The translations under genes and the position numbers were made by a program. Below, piece by piece: positions 1 through 8,718 of a stretch of DNA of 64,000 nucleotides. The stretch comes from an uncultured Gammaproteobacteria bacterium (GTDB lineage Bacteria > Patescibacteriota > Microgenomatia > UBA12405), in NCBI GenBank assembly GCA_964503465.1, contig CAZCYZ010000001.1:17583-81582 (forward strand). The letters are read 5' to 3'. The notes under the pieces were generated by a model. That model saw only the letters and a list, made by a program, of their open reading frames with translations. It was not told the origin of the DNA and searched no databases. The first letter of the stretch is position 1; each line of letters begins with the position of its first letter.

Positions 1-951
1 ATTTCCACCAGTATTAAAAAAGACCCCGTTGACGCTGTTTTCAAATTCGAAAACAATCAGGTTCTCGATTTTCAATCCGCTCAGAATGGTTACACCATTA
101 TTGTAGATCAAACCAATCTTGATCTCTGTCAGTCTTTGGGTAAACTTATCGATTCTCCCGACAAAACCCTGTCCATTACTCTCCCTTTAAGTTTTACCCC
201 TCCAAAAATCACCAACTCCGATGTTAATAGTCTTGGAATCAAGGAGCTTCTTGGTCGTGGTACTAGCAGTTTTTCTCACAGCACCGCCATTCGTAATTTT
301 AATGTCGAAAAAGGTGCCTCAATTGTCAATCGTCTTCTTGTCGCTCCTGGTGACGAGTTCTCTTTCCTTAAGGCCCTGGGAGATGTTACTCTCGAAGCAG
401 GATATAAGAAAGCCTATGTCATCAAAAAAGGTAAAACCGAACTTGATGTTGGCGGTGGAATTTGTCAGGTTTCGACTACTTTCTTTCGTGCCATTCTCAA
501 TGCCGGTCTCGATATCACTCAACGCAAAGCTCATGCTTATCGGGTTCAGTATTATGAAGAAGATACCAAACCTGGTTTTGATGCCACTGTATTCATTCCC
601 AGCCCCGACTTAAGATTTATCAACGATACTGGTCATTATCTTCTTATTCAAAGCCAATATGATGGCAAAAATAAAAAATTGGCCTATGAAATTTATGGCA
701 CCTCCGATGGTCGTACTGTTGAAGTTAGTAATTATCGCCAATGGGATTACGCCCCTCCTCCTCCGGATATTTACATCGACGATCCAACTCTTCCCCCCGG
801 TAAGGTAGTTAAGGACGAATCTCGTATTCCCGGTCTCAAGACTTCATTTGATTGGAAAGTTAGTCGCAATGGTGAAACCATTCATCAAAAAAGTTTTGTC
901 AGTAACTACGTCCCTTGGGCTGCCGTCTACCGACGAGGCCCATCGCTATAA
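1..951 (+). CDS. VanW-domain protein, 5' end outside the window
   Basis: Frame 1 is open from nt 1 through the annotated ORF 136..951. The motif LDVGGGICQVSTTFFRA is typical of the VanW family. Confidence 0.6.
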   Translation: MSTSIKKDPVDAVFKFENNQVLDFQSAQNGYTIIVDQTNLDLCQSLGKLIDSPDKTLSITLPLSFTPPKITNSDVNSLGIKELLGRGTSSFSHSTAIRNFNVEKGASIVNRLLVAPGDEFSFLKALGDVTLEAGYKKAYVIKKGKTELDVGGGICQVSTTFFRAILNAGLDITQRKAHAYRVQYYEEDTKPGFDATVFIPSPDLRFINDTGHYLLIQSQYDGKNKKLAYEIYGTSDGRTVEVSNYRQWDYAPPPPDIYIDDPTLPPGKVVKDESRIPGLKTSFDWKVSRNGETIHQKSFVSNYVPWAAVYRRGPSL

Positions 952-2025
952 TTCTGCTCTCGGGTCCCTGTCTAATTTTCCAATATTTCCTACATATTCT
1001 TCTCTCATTGCCTTGTAGTATCCCGCCACTCCAATCATCGCCGCATTGTCGGTGTTTAGCCATTTTTTTACTGGCATATAAATTGGCAATTCCATCTCCC
1101 TAGCTAATCTTCTCAATTTTCTTCTCAAATCCAAATTAGCCATCACTCCGCCACAAGCCAACAAACTTTTTGGTTTATATCCCTTAACTGCTAATTTATA
1201 TTTCCGTAATAATTGCTCAAACACCGCCTCCTGAAAACTGGCCGCCAAATTTTCTAAATTTTTGCCAATCTTATCTTTTGGCCAATCTTTGATTTGGTAA
1301 TAAAATGATGTCTTCAGCCCCGAAAAACTATAATCCAATGTTTTTTTGTCAGCCATTGGGTGGGGGAGAGGCAAAAAATTTTTGTCTCCTGTCAATGCCA
1401 ACCTCTCAATCACTGGACCGCCCGGGTATCCCAACCCCAGCAATTTACTCGCCTTGTCCAATGCCTCACCCGCCGCGTCATCCAATGTCTCCCCAACCAC
1501 TTCATATTCGCCAACTTTTCCCATCAAAATAATTTTGGTATGACCCCCAGACACCGTCAACACTAGTCCTGGTAGGTCTATTTTTCTCTCCGGCAAACCC
1601 TTAGAATTTTTTACCCAATTACTCAATATATGCCCTTCTATGTGGTTAACCGCTACTAATTTTTTATTATATTTAATCGCCAGTTTTTTGGCTGTATCCA
1701 CTCCCACTCCCAATGCCGGCGCTAATCCCGGTCCTACCGTCACCGCAACCACATCGACACCCATCATTAAAAAATCCAATTCCCCTCCTTTTCTCAAGGG
1801 AGGGGTTAGGGGTGGGTTTTGTCTTATTTTTGATCTTTTTAGTGCTTCCAATATCACTGGCATAATTCTTTCGCTATGGGCTCGCTTGGCCAAGTCAGGT
1901 ACCACCCCTCCCCACTTTTTGTGTAAATCAATCTGTGACGATATTACTGATGACCACAATCGGTCATTGTTCAACACCGCCGCCGCGGTATCATCGCAAC
2001 TCGTTTCTATTGCCAAAATTCGCAC
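946..2025 (-). CDS. tsaD: tRNA N6-adenosine threonylcarbamoyltransferase TsaD (Kae1/YgjD family)
   Basis: N-terminus MRILAIETSCDDTAAAV. Motifs VTVGPGLAPALGVG and GGVMANLDLRR are present. There is an extra insert of ~15 aa (RQNPPLTPPLRKGGELDF) relative to canonical TsaD. Confidence 0.85.
   Translation of the reverse strand: MRILAIETSCDDTAAAVLNNDRLWSSVISSQIDLHKKWGGVVPDLAKRAHSERIMPVILEALKRSKIRQNPPLTPPLRKGGELDFLMMGVDVVAVTVGPGLAPALGVGVDTAKKLAIKYNKKLVAVNHIEGHILSNWVKNSKGLPERKIDLPGLVLTVSGGHTKIILMGKVGEYEVVGETLDDAAGEALDKASKLLGLGYPGGPVIERLALTGDKNFLPLPHPMADKKTLDYSFSGLKTSFYYQIKDWPKDKIGKNLENLAASFQEAVFEQLLRKYKLAVKGYKPKSLLACGGVMANLDLRRKLRRLAREMELPIYMPVKKWLNTDNAAMIGVAGYYKAMREEYVGNIGKLDRDPRAEL
1781..1820. repeat. 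Dispersed G/C-rich imperfect-palindrome repeat, copy 1, in-frame inside tsaD
   Basis: Sequence tcccctccttttctcaagggaggggttaggggtgggtttt. It shares the tcccctccttttctc and caaggga(r)gg...gggttt blocks with the copies at 2888, 3068 and 23601. Confidence 0.6.
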
Positions 2026-2089
2026 TGCTGTATTATCTCAATAAAGTAAAAAAATACCATCATTCCCCAGTTTGTGGTATTTTTAAAGT

Positions 2090-2677
2090 ATGAAATCCTC
2101 CTCCCAAAGTTACCTTTATTTAATTTTTGCCATCGTTCTTCTTACTATTTCCATTATCGGTGTCATCAGTCTTTATCGTCGTTCGTCTTCGCCATCAGTT
2201 GCCGCTCCAACTCCCACGTCCTCACCGCGTGGCTATCCTTCGCCCAGTTACGATTTTGAAACTGCTTCTGTTTCCCCCACCATTACCTCCGGTCTTTCCA
2301 TGGACGAAATTGAACCCACCCCCACCCACCAGCAATACACTGGCGATACTTTTCAGCTCAAATACCCTTCTTATCGAAAATTAACCATCGAAAATGAAAC
2401 CAGTGGCAAACGTTATGTTTTCTACTCCAATATTGGCAATATCACTCTTCATTCTGGTTCTGCCTGGTCCTGGACCCACCCCAGCCGTCAATTTAGCTCT
2501 ACTCTGCTTGTTGCCGATCAGCCAACTTTCCGCTATGACACTGCCACTCAAACTATCATCGATTTTCAACAAGGCGATCAACTGTTTACTATCCAATGCG
2601 TTCATAACGGTAAACCTACCCTCAAAACCGAATGTGACCAGTTTGTGGCTAGTTTTCAGTTCTCAAACAAAAACTGA
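2090..2677 (+). CDS. Hypothetical membrane-anchored protein with Pro/Ser/Thr-rich linker
   Basis: N-terminal hydrophobic helix (YLYLIFAIVLLTISIIGVISL) followed by a PT-rich low-complexity region. No recognisable catalytic motif. Confidence 0.4.
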   Translation: MKSSSQSYLYLIFAIVLLTISIIGVISLYRRSSSPSVAAPTPTSSPRGYPSPSYDFETASVSPTITSGLSMDEIEPTPTHQQYTGDTFQLKYPSYRKLTIENETSGKRYVFYSNIGNITLHSGSAWSWTHPSRQFSSTLLVADQPTFRYDTATQTIIDFQQGDQLFTIQCVHNGKPTLKTECDQFVASFQFSNKN

Positions 2678-3773
2678 TCTTTCTTGTCTGTTCGTCCACA
2701 TACTCAAAATTCACTGCTACGTATTTAACCTTCTTTTTTAACTGCGCCAGGTATTTCCTTCCCATATTTTCCGGCCATTCAATACACGCCACCGTCTTTT
2801 CTCCAAACTGTCCCAAAAAATTTATTTCTTCCAATTCTCTCTCGCTCGAGATTCGATACAAATCAAAATGCAAAAACTTCAACAATTCCCCTTGCCCTGT
2901 CAAGGGAAAGGGGTTAGGGGTTAGGGTTTTATATTCATTAAAAATCACAAAAGTCGGACTGACAATCTTCTCTTTTACTCCTAGCATTTTCCCCAGCCCT
3001 CTAGCAAACACCGTTTTACCGCACCCCAAGTCCCCACTCAACCCAAAAACTAACGGTTTAACTTGTGTCCTGTCAAGGGAAAGGTGGTACGAAGTACCAA
3101 AGGGTTTCTTTAATAAGAAACCCGCCACCTTTTCCGTCTCTCTTACCGACTTTGATATCAAGCTTTTACTATCCCCAGTTGTCAAATCTCCTCGTCTTAA
3201 CACCTCTATTTCTGGCTTGGTCGTATCAATTACCGTTGATGGTTTGTTTCTTGAAAGTTTGCCCACATCAACTATCAAGTCAATCATCCCTCTCTTCTTT
3301 TTTGACAAAGTTCTTAGAAAACTTTTTATCGAATAATGCGGTGTTCTACCTGATAGGTTAGCCGAAGTTGCCGTTATTGGCCCATCTAATACCCCAACCA
3401 AATCACTAATATATTTATTGTCCGGAATTCGTATCCCCAATGTTCCATTTTCTGCTTCTATTCCTTTGGTTACTCGGTGTTTTCCCTTCGATACTACCGT
3501 AAACGGACCAGGTAATAAATTCTTGTATATTTGTTCTGCACTTTCGGACAGCTCAACAAATTCTTGAGCCATCTTTTTATCCGCCACTGCTATCGATATC
3601 GCCTTTCCCGTCCACCTGTTTTTAAATGCCAACAGTTTATCAACTGCCAATTTATTAGTCGGGTCAACTGCCAATATATACACCGTGTCACTTGGGTACA
3701 CCACCAATCCACCGTCTTTAATCACCCTCATTGCCTGCTGAATATTTTCGTCCATTGTTTCCGATTTTACCAT
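2649..3773 (-). CDS. Fusion protein: L-threonylcarbamoyladenylate synthase TsaC/YrdC-Sua5 domain (N-terminal) plus TsaE/YjeE P-loop ATPase (C-terminal)
   Basis: N-terminal half has YrdC motifs (VVYPSDTVYILAVD, ATSANLSGRTP). C-terminal half has the TsaE Walker A GDLGCGKT, SPTFVIFNEY and HFDLYRI. It contains two in-frame copies of the dispersed repeat. Confidence 0.75.
   Translation of the reverse strand: MVKSETMDENIQQAMRVIKDGGLVVYPSDTVYILAVDPTNKLAVDKLLAFKNRWTGKAISIAVADKKMAQEFVELSESAEQIYKNLLPGPFTVVSKGKHRVTKGIEAENGTLGIRIPDNKYISDLVGVLDGPITATSANLSGRTPHYSIKSFLRTLSKKKRGMIDLIVDVGKLSRNKPSTVIDTTKPEIEVLRRGDLTTGDSKSLISKSVRETEKVAGFLLKKPFGTSYHLSLDRTQVKPLVFGLSGDLGCGKTVFARGLGKMLGVKEKIVSPTFVIFNEYKTLTPNPFPLTGQGELLKFLHFDLYRISSERELEEINFLGQFGEKTVACIEWPENMGRKYLAQLKKKVKYVAVNFEYVDEQTRKISFCLRTEN
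2888..2930. repeat. Dispersed repeat, copy 2, in-frame inside the TsaE domain
   Basis: Sequence ccccttgccctgtcaagggaaaggggttaggggttagggtttt. It encodes the extra peptide TLTPNPFPLTGQGEL between the conserved NEY and HFDLYRI motifs of TsaE. Confidence 0.65.
3068..3106. repeat. Dispersed repeat, copy 3, at the TsaC/TsaE domain junction
   Basis: Sequence tcctgtcaagggaaaggtggtacgaagtaccaaagggtt. It has the same cctgtcaagggaaagg core, in a different reading frame (encodes HLSLDRT), followed by a tggtac-gaa-gtacca hairpin. Confidence 0.55.
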
Positions 3774-3787
3774 GCTAAAATCATTTT

Positions 3788-4228
3788 ATGAGGCGGGTAC
3801 TTCTTGTTGTTTTAACTCTAATTCTCGGTCTTAACCTTTATTTCCATTTTTTTATTTCCGATCCAATTACCCGGGCCAAAATTCGCACCCTTTCCTTATC
3901 TCGTGGTGATCGCTACTACTACACTCTTCACCTCTGGTATCTTCTCACTGATATCGGTGATTGGGATTCAGCCTCCAAGCTCGAAATTTTTCTGGATCCA
4001 GCCGACACCGCTTATAATTTAGCCCAAAACTCTCCTTCCGCTCTCAAGAAACGTCTTAACAATCTCACTGCCAAGTCCGATAAAAGTGTCGAGGATTGGA
4101 TCGAATTGGCCCAAGTTCAAATTCGTCTAGGGAAAACTGTCCCCGCCATCAACTCACTTACCCAAGCCCAAACTCTCGATCCGATTCGTGACGACATCAG
4201 CAAAATGTTATCCGAGCTTCGTCGTTAA
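3788..4228 (+). CDS. Hypothetical protein with N-terminal transmembrane segment
   Basis: ORF with a hydrophobic N-terminus. No recognisable domain. Confidence 0.35.
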   Translation: MRRVLLVVLTLILGLNLYFHFFISDPITRAKIRTLSLSRGDRYYYTLHLWYLLTDIGDWDSASKLEIFLDPADTAYNLAQNSPSALKKRLNNLTAKSDKSVEDWIELAQVQIRLGKTVPAINSLTQAQTLDPIRDDISKMLSELRR

Positions 4229-4908
4229 CTTTCCTTCTTCTCTTCTTCGGGGGGTTTTTCTCCCTCTGTGGCTTCAGCGGAGTCAGGGGCTTTCTGTTCT
4301 GTTGCTGGTACATCGCCCGGAGCCACTGTTGGTTCTTCAATTACTTCTTCCTTTGGTTCTTCCAGTTTTACCACCACCTGATCGGCTGCGGTTTTTATTT
4401 CTACCCTACTCTTATCTACCACCAAATCTGCCACCGTTACTTGTTGATCCAAGTTTTCCAACTTCGAAATATCCACCTCGATTTTTTCGGGAAGATCAGC
4501 CGGCAAAGCTTCCACTTCTACTTCTTCGGTCACCTCAATTAGTACATTTCCCGCTTTTACTGCTGGTGACTCACCCACAAACTCAATTGGCACTGTCGCT
4601 GTAATCTTTTCTTTCAGGTTTACTTTATAACCATCAATGTGAATTAAGTTACCTTCCACTGGATGATACTGGGGATTTCGAAATAATACCGGATAAGTTT
4701 TTCCATCAACCTCCAAGTCAACTAATCCCGATTCTCCTACTTCGTCAAAAACTTTATTCAACTCTTTAGTGTCTACCTGAATCGACAAAGCCTTAAAGTC
4801 GTTGCCATACACTGTTGCCGGCGTAATCCCTGCTGTTCGCAAGTGCTTTACTTTTTTCCCCAGCACGTTTCTAACTTCAGCTTTAAGTTTTGGATTTATT
4901 TTTGCCAT
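4225..4908 (-). CDS. rplY: 50S ribosomal protein L25 (general stress protein Ctc form) with acidic C-terminal tail
   Basis: MAKINPKLKAEVRNVLGKK...ITPATVYG...VDLEVDGKTYPVLFR matches the L25/Ctc N-terminal and beta-barrel domains. The C-terminus is Glu/Pro-rich. Confidence 0.8.
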   Translation of the reverse strand: MAKINPKLKAEVRNVLGKKVKHLRTAGITPATVYGNDFKALSIQVDTKELNKVFDEVGESGLVDLEVDGKTYPVLFRNPQYHPVEGNLIHIDGYKVNLKEKITATVPIEFVGESPAVKAGNVLIEVTEEVEVEALPADLPEKIEVDISKLENLDQQVTVADLVVDKSRVEIKTAADQVVVKLEEPKEEVIEEPTVAPGDVPATEQKAPDSAEATEGEKPPEEEKKES

Positions 4909-5205
4909 AATTTTTTTAGTCCACTCCGCCGGCCTTCATTTTCATTACAGCCTTTGGCACCATTAATTGGATGTTAGTATAGCACGAACCAGCAGATTCA
5001 TTCCCTGGTAAATCTGCCTCCATCCCTGTGGCTTACGAGGTTTAGGTGGCTCCCATAGATTCTCCAGAGCTATTTGATTTCGACGATTCTCGTCATCTGT
5101 CGCCACCCCGGGAGGTAAAGCCCTTAATGGATCATATTCCTTCTTTTTATGAAACAAAAAATTCATTAACTCCAATTATATCAATCAATTGCGATATAAT
5201 TATTC

Positions 5206-5577
5206 ATGGCCTCAATCAGCATCAAAACCTCCAAAATTATTACTAAATCAGGCAAAGTTCCTCTCCCCCTGTCCCATCTCATCAAAGACGATAACCAAAA
5301 CGGCCTCCCCGATTTTATTGAAAACAGTATCAAGAACGCTTCCACCGATTCCTCTTTAGATATCGAAATTAATGGCAAAAAGTATACCAATTGGGATCAG
5401 GTTCCACCGGAGGATCGTCTTCAGTTTAAGGATATTATTCCTCCCAAAACTTTAACTCAGCCAGAAGTTACTTCTTCCAACTCTGGCCAACCATTAGTCA
5501 ATATCAGTTTCCGCCGTTTGTTTCTTCTACTTCTGGTCCTTGCCGTTGTTTTATCCCTGGCCGTCCGATATTTCTAG
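5206..5577 (+). CDS. Hypothetical protein with C-terminal transmembrane anchor
   Basis: ORF followed by a strong intrinsic terminator. C-terminal hydrophobic helix LFLLLLVLAVVLSLAV. Confidence 0.3.
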   Translation: MASISIKTSKIITKSGKVPLPLSHLIKDDNQNGLPDFIENSIKNASTDSSLDIEINGKKYTNWDQVPPEDRLQFKDIIPPKTLTQPEVTSSNSGQPLVNISFRRLFLLLLVLAVVLSLAVRYF

Positions 5578-5684
5578 TGTTATACTGCCCTAATGTTTAA
5601 TATCTTCAAAACTTGGTGGCACTTCAACTAGCCTCAAGCGGGAGATATTAACTGATCAAATAAAGTAACTTGTTTTTTAATACG

Positions 5685-5709
5685 GCTCCCGCAAGGGAGC
5701 TTTTTGTTT
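5685..5709 (+). terminator. Rho-independent terminator (GNRA tetraloop hairpin plus T-tract)
   Basis: ggctcccGCAAgggagc perfect 6-bp stem with GCAA loop, followed by tttttgtttg. Confidence 0.55.
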
Positions 5710-5781
5710 GGGAGCGTAGTGCAAGGGTTAGCATACTTGTCCCCAAAACAAGTGATTCGGGTTCAAGCCCCGCCGCTCCTA
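5710..5781 (+). tRNA. tRNA-Trp (anticodon CCA), non-canonical C at position 33
   Basis: Manual fold: acceptor gggagcg/cgctcct (one G-U), D-arm gtgc-aagggtta-gcat, anticodon arm cttgt-CCCCAAA-acaag, 4-nt variable loop, T-arm tcggg-ttcaagc-cccgc. No encoded CCA. Confidence 0.55.
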
Positions 5782-5886
5782 CTATGACCAAAGAAAAATT
5801 TATCAAACCAACCGAGTTGGTTGTGCCGTCTACTATGGCGGATTTATTTATTAAGCCTTCTCACCGGAGGTTACTTTGGCCGTCCT

Positions 5887-7245
5887 ATGATTAATCTTTT
5901 TGGCATCACTATCGAGGCTCCATCGGGCAACGATGGTCAGTATTTTGACCATCTTTTAACTACTGTGGCCAAAAAAGATAACGAACGACAACTCTTAAAA
6001 CGCTTTCTTTTGACCAACTCTCGACTTGAAGAAATCACTGCCAGCGCTCAAGAATCAGCCAGCCAGCACTCTGATATCGACCACTTGAAACCCCAGGCCA
6101 TTGAATTTTATTTGTCGCAACTAAAACAAACCGGTCTTTATGAACAGGCGGTTCTTCGGCTTATTAGCCGCGACCACCTTTTTCGATCTGCCCCATATGC
6201 CGCCCAAATTCTTGCCGGAAAGTCTCCAGAATTACCAAATTATTACCCCAGTGATCACAAAAAAGCCGAAATTTTGGTTGTCGGTGCTCTAATTTCAGCC
6301 ATCAGTTTGCCGGAATGTCGCCAGTATCTAGCCCGTCATTTGGTTAAATCGCGGATCCAAGAAATTGCCAAGAATATGTTTTTTGCTATCAACCGTGGTC
6401 TTAACCCAGAACAAGTCACTACCTTCGTCTCAATTATTTACCAGTTGGAGAAAATTCAAGCCGCTCCAACCCTTGGCAATTTAAGAGAAGTTCTGCTTAA
6501 TGCTATTCTCTCCTCGTCTCCGGTGGAACTGGTCCACATCAAAAGTATTCGCTTCACCTATCCTGGCGGATCGAACTTAAGGGTGATCGAGGATACTGCC
6601 CCAGTAGAACAACTTACTGTCGACCAAGGTCATCGACTTTATCCTTCTGAAGAAGTCATTTTTAGCCGTTTGAATGCTGTTGCCTCTATTTTTCGAACGC
6701 ATGGTTTATCAGTTAATACCTCAATTATTGTTTCCGATCATGATCTTCAGTATTGTTTTCCTTCTCAGCAGGGGATTGTTCCGTCGTCAGATGTTTCTCT
6801 CGCCCACCAGTCTGTTAATCGATACATTAGTTACCTTCGACAACATCATCCGGAATGCCAAAACATTTATACCCTAACCGAATATCTCCAGTTGAGCCAT
6901 GCGGTTGATAGGTACGACCAACTATTTTCCATGCTCGTTTTTCAAGGTCATGGTGGGGGTGGTCAACACGTCTCTGAGAAAATATTAGAAATGCGGGTTA
7001 ACAGCCAATTTGAACACTATCGAGACATGTTTGGTCCAGGTTATACTCGAGAATTGGCCCGTTTTACCGCCATCAGACAAATTGCCAATGTTCTTGCCCT
7101 ATCGGCTGTCTTTGAAACATTTCCAACTATTCCAATCTTAGTTATTGATTCTCGCGGTTTTGAAGATCAACTCATTGGTGGCTATAACCCCAAATCAGTA
7201 GCCAAGTTCTTTACCAAACTCAAAGATCCGGTGGTTAAATGTTAA
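5887..7245 (+). CDS. Hypothetical protein (start uncertain; the annotated ORF starts at 5821)
   Basis: Long ORF lying between tRNA-Trp and trpS. No motif I can assign (contains GHGGGGQH). The start was chosen at the internal Met after the tRNA. Confidence 0.4.
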   Translation: MINLFGITIEAPSGNDGQYFDHLLTTVAKKDNERQLLKRFLLTNSRLEEITASAQESASQHSDIDHLKPQAIEFYLSQLKQTGLYEQAVLRLISRDHLFRSAPYAAQILAGKSPELPNYYPSDHKKAEILVVGALISAISLPECRQYLARHLVKSRIQEIAKNMFFAINRGLNPEQVTTFVSIIYQLEKIQAAPTLGNLREVLLNAILSSSPVELVHIKSIRFTYPGGSNLRVIEDTAPVEQLTVDQGHRLYPSEEVIFSRLNAVASIFRTHGLSVNTSIIVSDHDLQYCFPSQQGIVPSSDVSLAHQSVNRYISYLRQHHPECQNIYTLTEYLQLSHAVDRYDQLFSMLVFQGHGGGGQHVSEKILEMRVNSQFEHYRDMFGPGYTRELARFTAIRQIANVLALSAVFETFPTIPILVIDSRGFEDQLIGGYNPKSVAKFFTKLKDPVVKC

Positions 7246-7261
7246 AATCAATTCAACCAAT

Positions 7262-8713
7262 ATGCCCGAACCAATAGTCGAAAGATATAATCAGGAGCTC
7301 ATTCAGCTTGGGATTGAGTTTAAAAACCTCGAACATCCTCCCATCAAGGAAGTCTTTGACTGTATGCGTTTTCTTGGTCTTCCTATTTCCGAAGGTTTTT
7401 CCACCTTAGTTATGAAGGCCGACAATCGTTATGTTGCTATCATTCGTCGCGACGATTGTCAGCTTAATATTAACCGAGCTTGCCAGGTTGTTGGTTGCAC
7501 CAAATTAACTCTTGCCTCGCCTGATGAGTTTGAAAAACTCACCCATCTTCCCTCTGGCGCCGCCCATATTCTGACTGGTCTACCCACTTATCTCGACCAA
7601 AAACTTTTTGACAAAGAATATTTAATTGGTGGCTCCGGTAGTCTTTCAATTAGTAACCGCTATCGCTCCGCCGACCTCAAAAAAATTCCCAACTCCCAAA
7701 TTGTCGACATTACCACCATCAAACAAAAGCTTCGTATTCTTACTGGTGACCGCCCTACCGGACCACTTCACTTGGGTCATTACGTTGGCACCCTTGCCAA
7801 CCGTGTTCGTCTTCAGGACCAATATGATTGTTTCTTTATCATGGCTGATCTCCACACCTTGACTACCGATTTTTCCAAAGCCAAAACTTCAACCATCAAC
7901 GATCGGGTTAGGGGATTGGTTCTCGACTATTTATCTGTCGGTATTGATCCTCGAAAATCCGTTATCTATCAGCAGTCTCGCGTCCCCGAAGTTACTTACT
8001 TATCAACTCTTTTTACTAATCTCATTACTGTCCCTCGAGCTCTACGTGTTCCTACCCTCAAAGATGTCATGCACGACCTTCACATCGAGCAGCCAAGTTT
8101 GGGACTTCTCAACTATCCAGTTTTACAGGCAGCTGACATTTTAATGGTCAAAGCCAGCCTTGTTCCAGTTGGCAAAGATCAGCAAAGTCATGTCGAAGTC
8201 ACTCGTGAGATCGCCCGTGATTTCAATAAAGCTTATGGTGAAGTTTTCCCTATCCCTGAAGCCATGATTGGTGATGTTGGCACCTTGGTTGGCACTGATG
8301 GCCAAGCCAAGATGAGTAAAAGTATTGGTAATTGTATTTATCTCTCTGACACCGCCGATACAGTTACCAAAAAAGTCATGAGCATGTATACCGACCCCAC
8401 CCGTATTCGTCCAACCGATCCTGGTCACGTCGAAGGCAATCCAGTTTTTATTTATCACGACGCTTTTAATCCAAACAAGGGGGAGGTGGCCGAACTCAAA
8501 AGTCGTTACCAAAAGGGGACTGTTGGTGATGTTGAGGTCAAGCAAAAACTTGCCATTGCCATCAATCAATTTCTAGATCCTATTCGTGTTCGTCGTGCCG
8601 AATACGAAAGCAAAACTGATCTTTTGGATCAGATCATTGATGATGGTTCTACTCGTGCTCACCTTGAAGCTCAAAAAACACTTGCAGAAGTTCTAAAGGC
8701 CATGGGGATTTAA
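7262..8713 (+). CDS. trpS: Tryptophan--tRNA ligase with N-terminal YbaK/ProX-like aminoacyl-tRNA deacylase domain
   Basis: C-terminal ~330 aa has [16 protein letters not shown] (HIGH-type), ADLHTLTT and KMSKS, matching the TrpRS pattern. N-terminal ~155 aa resembles the YbaK deacylase domain (FDCMRFLG...TLVMKAD...[10 protein letters not shown]...SGAAHIL...YLIGGSGS). Confidence 0.8.
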   Translation: MPEPIVERYNQELIQLGIEFKNLEHPPIKEVFDCMRFLGLPISEGFSTLVMKADNRYVAIIRRDDCQLNINRACQVVGCTKLTLASPDEFEKLTHLPSGAAHILTGLPTYLDQKLFDKEYLIGGSGSLSISNRYRSADLKKIPNSQIVDITTIKQKLRILTGDRPTGPLHLGHYVGTLANRVRLQDQYDCFFIMADLHTLTTDFSKAKTSTINDRVRGLVLDYLSVGIDPRKSVIYQQSRVPEVTYLSTLFTNLITVPRALRVPTLKDVMHDLHIEQPSLGLLNYPVLQAADILMVKASLVPVGKDQQSHVEVTREIARDFNKAYGEVFPIPEAMIGDVGTLVGTDGQAKMSKSIGNCIYLSDTADTVTKKVMSMYTDPTRIRPTDPGHVEGNPVFIYHDAFNPNKGEVAELKSRYQKGTVGDVEVKQKLAIAINQFLDPIRVRRAEYESKTDLLDQIIDDGSTRAHLEAQKTLAEVLKAMGI

Positions 8714-8718
8714 TCTCA

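Noticed and set aside
2026-2089. Inverted repeat ataccat...gtggtat between tsaD and the next gene
   Set aside because: 6-bp AT-rich stem with a 15-nt loop and no flanking T-tract. Too weak to call a terminator.
2911-2930. Telomere-like GGTTAGGGGTTAGGGTTT inside dispersed repeat copy 2
   Set aside because: It is a single short occurrence embedded in a repeat family whose other copies lack the TTAGGG periodicity. I treat the resemblance to telomeric repeats as coincidental.
4963-5246. Small ORFs 4963-5175 (-) and 5046-5246 (+) upstream of rplY
   Set aside because: They overlap each other and the likely rplY promoter region. No motifs or RBS context. Insufficient support.
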